Origin: Octopus sinensis
Lineage: Eukaryota
DNA length: 29,035 bases
NCBI RefSeq assembly: GCF_006345805.1
Contig: NW_021833202.1
Coordinates: forward strand, 1-29,035
Direction: 5' to 3'
Under the pieces are notes generated by a model. The model searched no databases. It was not told where the DNA came from and was given only the letters and a program-made list of their open reading frames with translations. Each line of letters starts with the position of its first letter. Within the stretch, counting starts at the first letter, position 1. Positions 22,743 through 29,035 of the stretch are shown here, piece after piece. Both the position numbers and the translations under genes were made by a program.

Positions 22743-23012
22743 AAATCAAATATAAAATATAAAATATAATTTACAAAGTGGGACAAGAACGCAAAAACAC
22801 ACAAAGAGACGACACAAAAAAACAGACCGGTCACTCGAAGCCTCTAATCTTCAGTCGGAACCTGATCATCTTAGCAATTCGGCTGTTGATCCGGTTCCGA
22901 CTGAAGATTAGAGGCTTCGAGTGACCCGTCTGTTTTTTTGTGTCGTCTCTTTGTGTGTTTTTGCGTTCTTGTCCCACTTTGTAATTTATATTTTATATTT
23001 TATATTTGATTT
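22743..23012. repeat. Long inverted repeat: 126-bp arms, 18-nt loop
   Basis: 22743-22868 versus the reverse complement of 22887-23012 shows 3 mismatches and no gaps. It is flanked by (TA)n on both sides. Confidence 0.97.
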
Positions 23013-23051
23013 CTATATATATATTAAGGCGGCGTAACGTACCCTATCTCC

Positions 23052-23116
<65 letters not shown>

Positions 23117-23117
<1 letters not shown>

Positions 23118-23600
23118 AAATACAAAATGGGAAAAGAACGCAAAACATTCAGAAGACGTTACAAAAATCACGGACGGGTCATTCGAAGCCTTCAATCTTC
23201 AGTCAAGAACCGGATCATCCTCGCAATTTCGGCTGATTAATCTTGAGATTGCTCCAATCTGGCCAGCCACAAGGAAAAGCTAAGCTAAGCGCATTAGATT
23301 CCTTGGAAAAAAGCTTCGAATGTATACGAAACAAGGACGGAAAAACGGACGATGTTACACGAATATGAATACAAAAACAATACAAAAAAACAATAATAAT
23401 AGTAATAATAATAACAATAACAGGACATCACAACAGACGTCTTTCGACTGGAGACGAATTGAACTCAGCTGGCGTGTTAGGAATGTGCCTTGGAGCAGAG
23501 ATAAAAATTTTGATGTTACCACGACCGCTGCCAGATCCAAAAGGCCAGTAGTCGGCCAGCCGGTCACGTGTGAAGAGAATAGAGAGAGGACACAAACACG
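23117..23600 (-). mobile_element. Interspersed repeat related to the palindrome arms, possibly Penelope-like derived (orientation inferred)
   Basis: 23121-23235 is colinear with 22772-22885 (roughly 80% by eye). It abuts (TA)n, and its reverse strand has CUGAAGA...CGAA upstream of a U-rich end. The right boundary is approximate. Confidence 0.55.
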
Positions 23601-23703
23601 TATATAAAGATATTACTATTAATAAAATGATAATATAAGTGGCTAGCAAGCATAAATAACCATAAAGGTTATTAATATGGTGATGCCAGTATTTTAGCCC
23701 TGG

Positions 23704-23775
23704 GCAGTAATAATCACTGACGAAGACTAAGTCTTTATCTCAGGGTCCGAAATCTGGTGATATGAGTACGTCTGC
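23704..23775 (+). ncRNA. Type I hammerhead-ribozyme candidate, near intact
   Basis: gcag uaa uaauca CUGACGA agac [17 nt] gucc GAAA uc uggu ga U A | ugagua cgu cugc. The core is exact, stem III is AUC/GAU, the cleavage triplet is AUA, stem I is uaauca/ugagua (5/6) plus distal GCAG/CUGC, and stem II is GAC/GUC with an A-C mismatch next to the core. Confidence 0.6.
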
Positions 23776-23931
23776 GAATTCATTTACGATTTTCACTTGT
23801 TGTGGTAAGATGGCTTTTTATATACTCGTTTCCTCAAATTCACCAGTGTGTATAAGTGATTTACTGTGGTTCCTGAGCCGTTTGGGACTCCTATTTCTAG
23901 CAATGCTGTCTACTGTCTAGCACCCTGATTA

Positions 23932-24004
23932 TACACACACACACACACACGCACACACACAAACACACACACACAAACACACACACACAGACACACACAC
24001 ACAA

Positions 24005-24050
<46 letters not shown>
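23932..24050. repeat. (CA)n microsatellite
   Basis: Directly visible. Confidence 0.95.
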
Positions 24051-24053
<3 letters not shown>

Positions 24054-24067
24054 AATTAAGGTGACAA

Positions 24068-24596
24068 GATGCAATTCAAAGCTAAAAAGAAAATAAGTCA
24101 CCGTCATTATAAGTGACCAAGGATGCAGGTAGCACCAGTATTGCTAGAAATGAGGATCAGATTCTTTAGCCACAAAAGCACATGTTTTATTTATTGGTTA
24201 GGGAGACAGCCTCTCCACCGCAACCGAGAGCATTAGGTTGGCATGCCAATTTCGCGTCGAAATTAATGCTAATCAGTAATGCTTGCTCCTTCGCGAGTGG
24301 CGATGTTGAAAATTCACTTGTCAGTATTTATAGAATTTACCACAGTGGCTGATTCCGCAAAATGGTAATGTGGAAATTATAGAATAAGTAAGGTGGCTAG
24401 ACGCAATTCAAAATCAAAAAGGAAATAATTCACTGTCACAAAAAGTAACAAAGAGTGCAGGGAGCACCAGCATTGCTAGAAATAACAGTCAATAAATAGA
24501 ACATGTGCTTTTGTGGCGAAAGAGTCTTTGGCTGTTATTTCCAGCAATGCCGGTGCTCTCTACACCCTTGGTCACTTTTTAGTGTCGGTGAATTAT
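24068..24596. repeat. Nested direct plus inverted repeat cluster (three copies of a ~70-110-bp unit)
   Basis: Direct copies at 24068-24151 and 24400-24483 (period 332), and an inverted copy at about 24488-24596. The hairpin 24425-24492/24528-24596 has about 10 mismatches and 1 gap. Confidence 0.85.
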
Positions 24597-24613
24597 ATGT
24601 AAATATATATATA

Positions 24614-25006
24614 GCCAGGCGTGGCAGTGTGGTAAGAAGCTTGCTTCCCAACCACATGGTTCTGGGTTCAGTTCCACTGCGTGGCACCTTGGGCAGGTGT
24701 CTTCTACTATAGCCTCGGGCCGACCAAAGCCTAGTGAGTGGATTTGGTAGACGGAAACTGAAAGAAGCCCGTCATATGTATGTATATATATGTTTATGTT
24801 TGTGTGTTTGTATCTGTTCCCACGCCATCGCTTGACAACCGATGTTGGTGTGTTTACGTCTCCGTAACTTAGCGGTTCGGCAAAAAGTGTCTGATAAAAT
24901 AAGTACTAGGATTAGATTAAGTCCTGGAGTCGATTTCTTCAACTAAAGTTGGTGCTCCCGCATGGCCGCAGTCAAATAGCTGAAACAAGTAAAAGAATAA
25001 AAGAAT
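24614..25006 (+). mobile_element. tRNA-derived SINE, group A, full length
   Basis: gccaggcgtggcagtgtggtaagaagc...gggttcagttcc...ccttgggcagg...gtagacggaaactgaaagaagcccg...catggccgcagtcaaatagctgaaacaagtaaaagaataaaag matches 3018-3299 and 5412-5832. Confidence 0.9.
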
Positions 25007-25449
25007 ACATACACGCATTAAATACGTATATGTATATGTATGCATATGTGTGTGCGTGTGAGTGTGTGTGTGTATACACATACAATGGGCCCCTGCACAC
25101 TTGCGATAATCAACTTCCAAAATTCCACACAGATTTCTGTAATTAGAAAGATTAAAACATCTTCCATATCAAATAATTTGAGTTTTATTTATTTACATAC
25201 ATTTCTTCCAACAAGCCATCATACGTCTTAAGAGAAGCCCGATATATTCAATATATAACTGCTTAACTAATTAATCCAGATTTTATTTTTTAGTTAGCGG
25301 GTATTTTACGGACAATGTCAAACAAGTAACATGGATAATGAAGAAAAATGATAATTTAGTTGTTTGGTTAACAAAAAGTGATTTATGAGGAATTAATAAC
25401 AATTCTAATATGCTGTTGATTAAGATATCGCGACAAAAGTTTTAGTATT

Positions 25450-25568
25450 GGTGCAGGTATGTCTGTGTGGTTAAGAAACTTGCTTAGCGATCGTGTAGTG
25501 TCGGGTTCAGTCCTATTGTGCGGAATTTTGGGCAAATGTTTTCTGCTGCAGCCCCGGACCGACCAATG
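25450..25568 (+). mobile_element. Diverged group-A SINE head
   Basis: ggtgcaggtatgtctgtgtggttaagaaacttgc...gggttcagtcc...ttgggcaaatgttttct...ggaccgaccaatgc is colinear with the group-A 5' region. Confidence 0.7.
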
Positions 25569-25667
25569 CACATGCATCCTCATGCACGTGCACATACATA
25601 TATATACATAAATACATGTGCATTCATATATATGTGTGTGTATTTATATATATATCTACACACACAC

Positions 25668-25855
25668 AAGGACATCATGCTCAGAATGGTCAGTGGCAAG
25701 AGAGGAAGAGGCCGACCAAGAACCCGCTGGCTTGACACCATCAAGAGTGATACCGGATTGGACATAGCCAATCTGAAAGAAGCGGCCCCGGATAGAACTG
25801 ACTGGAGGACACTGATCCATCGAGTAACCGAGAGTCGACTTCGACTGAGTGGATA

Positions 25856-25856
<1 letters not shown>
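25668..25856 (+). mobile_element. 5'-truncated RTE-clade (BovB-like) LINE, ORF C-terminus, embedded in (CA)n
   Basis: The uninterrupted frame KDIMLRMVSGKRGRGRPRTRWLDTIKSDTGLDIANLKEAAPDRTDWRTLIHRVTESRLRLSG* follows the RTE/BovB C-terminal pattern (LMLGKIEG.R.RGR.R.RWLD.I.......L..L.E...DR..WR..IH.V..SR.RL). The stop is immediately followed by a (CA)n tail. Confidence 0.85.
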
Positions 25857-25902
<46 letters not shown>

Positions 25903-25911
25903 GCATGTATG

Positions 25912-25955
<44 letters not shown>

Positions 25956-26000
25956 ATATATATATATCAATTTATATCTATCTACCTATCTGTCGATCTA
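25857..26000. repeat. (CA)n/(TA)n/(TCTA) microsatellite
   Basis: Directly visible. Confidence 0.9.
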
Positions 26001-26579
26001 TCGATGGATATGTGCATGTATCATTGTATTTGCATTTGTGATGTGAACTTCACAACACCAGCGACTCCAAGTCATACATTAGCCAAACGTGCATAACACG
26101 TTCTCTTAAGTTTAACATGTGCTCACAATACTGAACAATAGTAAAACCGACCACACAACACAAACGTCGAAATAATAAATCAGCAATAAATATTTACTCA
26201 ATATTGAATAAAGAATTTCCAACAAAAATATTCGATTAATAATGGAGATATTATTCATAATACAACACAATGTTAAAGTTAAAAGACAAATAACACAAAT
26301 GTCATAAGAAAATAAACACGTGACTGGTGACGTATACACCCAAGGTTCAAAAATCAAATCTTGCTTTTATTGTTAGCAAATTACATTTATCTATAAATAA
26401 AGAGGCAGTTACATAAGCTAATATCACCTCATATCTTGAAGTTGCCGCCGAGAAAGTCTAGAATAGTGATAATGGATTTAGGTATTGTATCTTTCCAAAC
26501 TGGAAGAAACTAACGCGAAACTATAACCGCGCTAACAACTTATTGAAAAAGGACAGGGCTAGAAAATGTTGCATTCTTA

Positions 26580-26703
26580 ACACACACACAGACACATACA
26601 CACACATCTATATATAAAATTATGTGGGTACATGTATGTGAGTTTGCGGCTGTGTGCATGAGTGTGTGTCTGTGTGTATGTATTTATGCATATAAATGTA
26701 CAC

Positions 26704-26758
<55 letters not shown>

Positions 26759-26850
26759 TATATATTTATATACACACACATGCATTTATAAATTCATATA
26801 TCTCTCACACACCCACATACATAGAAATATACACGTATATATATGTACAC
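26580..26850. repeat. Compound (CA)/(GT)/(TA) microsatellite region
   Basis: Directly visible. Confidence 0.85.
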
Positions 26851-27112
26851 CCATTGCATAGTAAAACCCATAAGCCCATGCACCCATAAACCTACGCACG
26901 TAAATATGACGAGAGACTGTACAAAGTCGTGAACTAAATATTTAGTTGGTGCTAAATAGAAGCCACCACAGAAAGTAAAAGACGTATAGCAATAGCCGTC
27001 CACAGTGATTACTATAATATAAATATTATTAAAGGGAAGACTAAATAGATTAGTAAAGTGAGAGTTTAGTGGAAGACTTCTACTGACACGATACAGCGTA
27101 AATAGTCATAAA

Positions 27113-27600
27113 TTATATTATCGTCGTTGTCGTCGTCATCATCATCATCCTCATCTTCGCCATCATCGTCATCATCATCGTCGTCGTCATCATCATTGTC
27201 CTCATTGTTCTCATTGTCATCATTGTCAACGCTGTCATTGTCGTCGTCGTCGTAGTAGTAGTAGTAATCAACGTCGTTTGTCGGGCGTATTTGTTATCTT
27301 TGTCGCCGCTGTCTCCGCCATCGTCGTCTTCGCTGTAATCATCATCATTATCGTCATTATCATCATCACCATCATCATGGTCGTTGTCGTCATCTTCGCC
27401 ATCATCTTCGTCATCGTTTTCATCGTTGTCGTCGTCGTCGTCATCTTCATCGTCATCATCACTATCATCCTCATCGTCACCATCGTCCTCATTGTTATCA
27501 TCATCATCATCATCATCATTGCCGCCGTTACTGCCGCTACCATCTCCCTCCACCTTATCATCGGTAACATCATCGTCGCTTGTCCTCTCTAAATATCATC
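27113..27600. repeat. Degenerate trinucleotide tract (ATC/GTC/GTT/GTA)n
   Basis: Mixed cat/cgt/tgt/agt triplet repeats generate poly-D, poly-M/T, poly-I/V and poly-S ORFs in several frames on both strands. Confidence 0.9.
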
Positions 27601-27743
27601 ACTAGTAATATTCGTTCTGCCCCGAGTTGCAGTGGCAATTACAACGAACCAGTGATTTGAACCAGCGTATTTGATATACGCAACTGATGACGCTGTTGTC
27701 CACAATTTGCGAGCATAGAATTATGCAAATACTCGAAACAAAA

Positions 27744-27744
<1 letters not shown>

Positions 27745-27837
<93 letters not shown>

Positions 27838-27868
27838 GTGTCTGTCTGTCTGTCTATCTGTCTGTCTA

Positions 27869-27899
<31 letters not shown>

Positions 27900-27980
27900 C
27901 GCTGTCTGCCTGTCTGTCTGCCTGTCACTCTGTCTGACTGTCTATCTGTCTGTGTGTCTGTCTCTCTCTAGCTACCTATC
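27745..27980. repeat. (TCTA)n then (TCTG)n microsatellite
   Basis: Directly visible. Confidence 0.95.
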
Positions 27981-28067
27981 TTTATATTTTGGTTATTAAA
28001 ATTTTCAAGAGCTTATGAGAGGACTTATAATGCGTATGTGTGTGTATGTGAGTGTGTGAGTGAGTGA

Positions 28068-28111
<44 letters not shown>

Positions 28112-28114
28112 ATG

Positions 28115-28225
28115 CCTTTGTCTTTGTCCGACGACTACTTGACAGCCAGCGGTGATAGTTTCTTTATATTGCCAATTACTTAGCATTTCGGCAACAGAAC
28201 AAAAACATAAATTCTCGGCTTCAAG
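28115..28225 (+). mobile_element. Highly diverged 3' part of a group-A-like SINE
   Basis: tttgtcc...acttgacagccagcggtg...ttacttagcatttcggcaacagaac follows a (GT)n tract and parallels the group-A sequence tttgtccc...gcttgacaaccgatg...acttagcggttcggcaaaagagac. Confidence 0.45.
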
Positions 28226-28484
28226 AACACCCTCTCTGTCTGTCTGGCCTGAATTTTGTTGTAGTCACTGGGTTTACCAGGGTGTTTTGTCGCTGAAGGA
28301 CCGTTGGCAACCTGCTTTGAATGCATAGATGTAGTGAGATGGTGATTCTGCTACTGTTAAAGTGGTTACCGTTTTAAAGGGATTGGCATTTGATCCCTTT
28401 GTACTATCGATTTGTTCTTCATGGCTGGTTACACATGCGATTGTCCTTAGTTGACTTTTAAGATTCGGCCTATACGTACACATA

Positions 28485-28880
28485 TATGTTGGTTCACATA
28501 TACATCTATATGCGTACTAACGCTCGCACACATACACACACAGCATACACACACGCACACACACATACACACATATATCTATATATTCCAACACACCCAC
28601 ACATGGATATATACGCGCACTCACATACATACACATGTGTAAATATACGGAGACAATATTTACATATCGCCTCAAGAAACAACTAGATCTCACAATGCCT
28701 GGAAGCGGTTGCATAATCAAGTACCTGAACACCTGGAGAACTACGTTGGCGTGGAAACATTGTAGTGATTAAAAATAATTGTCCACCGTACCCCCCCTTC
28801 TTGTTGACTCCAATTTTTTTAAGTAAAAAAAAATATATATATACACGGATATATATATAATATATATATATATATAATAT

Positions 28881-28949
<69 letters not shown>

Positions 28950-29010
28950 ATGTATATATAATATATATATATATATTATACTATATATATATATATATAT
29001 TTATATATAT
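28485..29010. repeat. (CA)/(TA) microsatellite blocks
   Basis: Directly visible at about 28485-28645 and 28835-29010. Confidence 0.9.
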
Positions 29011-29035
29011 AGGGAGAATTCACAAAAAAAAAACA

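Noticed and set aside
23025-23034. taaggcggcg, identical to the start of the group-B SINE
   Set aside because: Only 10 bp match and the following sequence does not continue the SINE.
22898-23205. CUGAAGA...CGAA(U/G)...GUC hammerhead-like core in the palindrome right arm and in the reverse strand of the 23117 repeat
   Set aside because: GAAA is not intact and I could not build stems I and II, so it is not called a ribozyme. It is only weak support for a PLE-like origin.
27113-27605. Poly-Asp 146-aa ORF (27113-27553, -) and overlapping poly-M/T, poly-I/V and poly-S ORFs
   Set aside because: Several frames on both strands are open simply because the tract is a degenerate ATC/GTC trinucleotide repeat. 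There is no flanking domain, splice context or codon pattern indicating a real acidic protein.
27684-27742. CUGAUGA...CGAAA on the + strand
   Set aside because: No stem II, stem III or stem I pairing; it is treated as chance.
28274-28483. Minus-strand 69-aa ORF ending ...FKAGCQRSFSDKTPW, faintly like a LINE endonuclease-RT linker
   Set aside because: The similarity is too weak to call without a profile search.

Overview
This is a eukaryotic, AT-rich, microsatellite-dense, apparently non-coding window. The SINE families and (TA)n/(TACA)n/(TCTA)n/(CA)n arrays look to me like an octopus (coleoid cephalopod) genome; this is recognition, not a database result. No host protein-coding gene can be supported, and almost all ORFs in the supplied track are translated microsatellites. 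Real coding signal is limited to transposon relics: an intact RTE/BovB-like LINE C-terminus (25668-25856), a degenerate RTE (Rex3/Expander-like) 3' end (1879-2093), a mariner N-terminal relic (about 9607-9937) and an internally deleted mariner with 28-bp TIRs and TA flanks (20649-21213). Other mobile DNA includes at least three groups of tRNA-derived SINEs (two of the copies are CORE-like), a textbook non-autonomous Helitron (22192-22563), a probable 2.5-kb composite Helitron (6162-8650) and a Tc2/pogo-like MITE (12562-12783). The most interesting signal is structural RNA. Three hammerhead-ribozyme-like folds are present: a near-intact one at 23704-23775 (+), one with an intact core but missing cleavage site at 13076-13176 (-), and a decayed minimal one at 10384-10418 (+). 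Two of them lie near long, near-perfect fold-back palindromes flanked by (TA)n: 126-bp arms at 22743-23012 and 59-bp arms at 13337-13458. Together these suggest a Penelope-like/retrozyme-type family of self-cleaving, TA-microsatellite-associated elements. All alignments and mismatch counts were done by eye.
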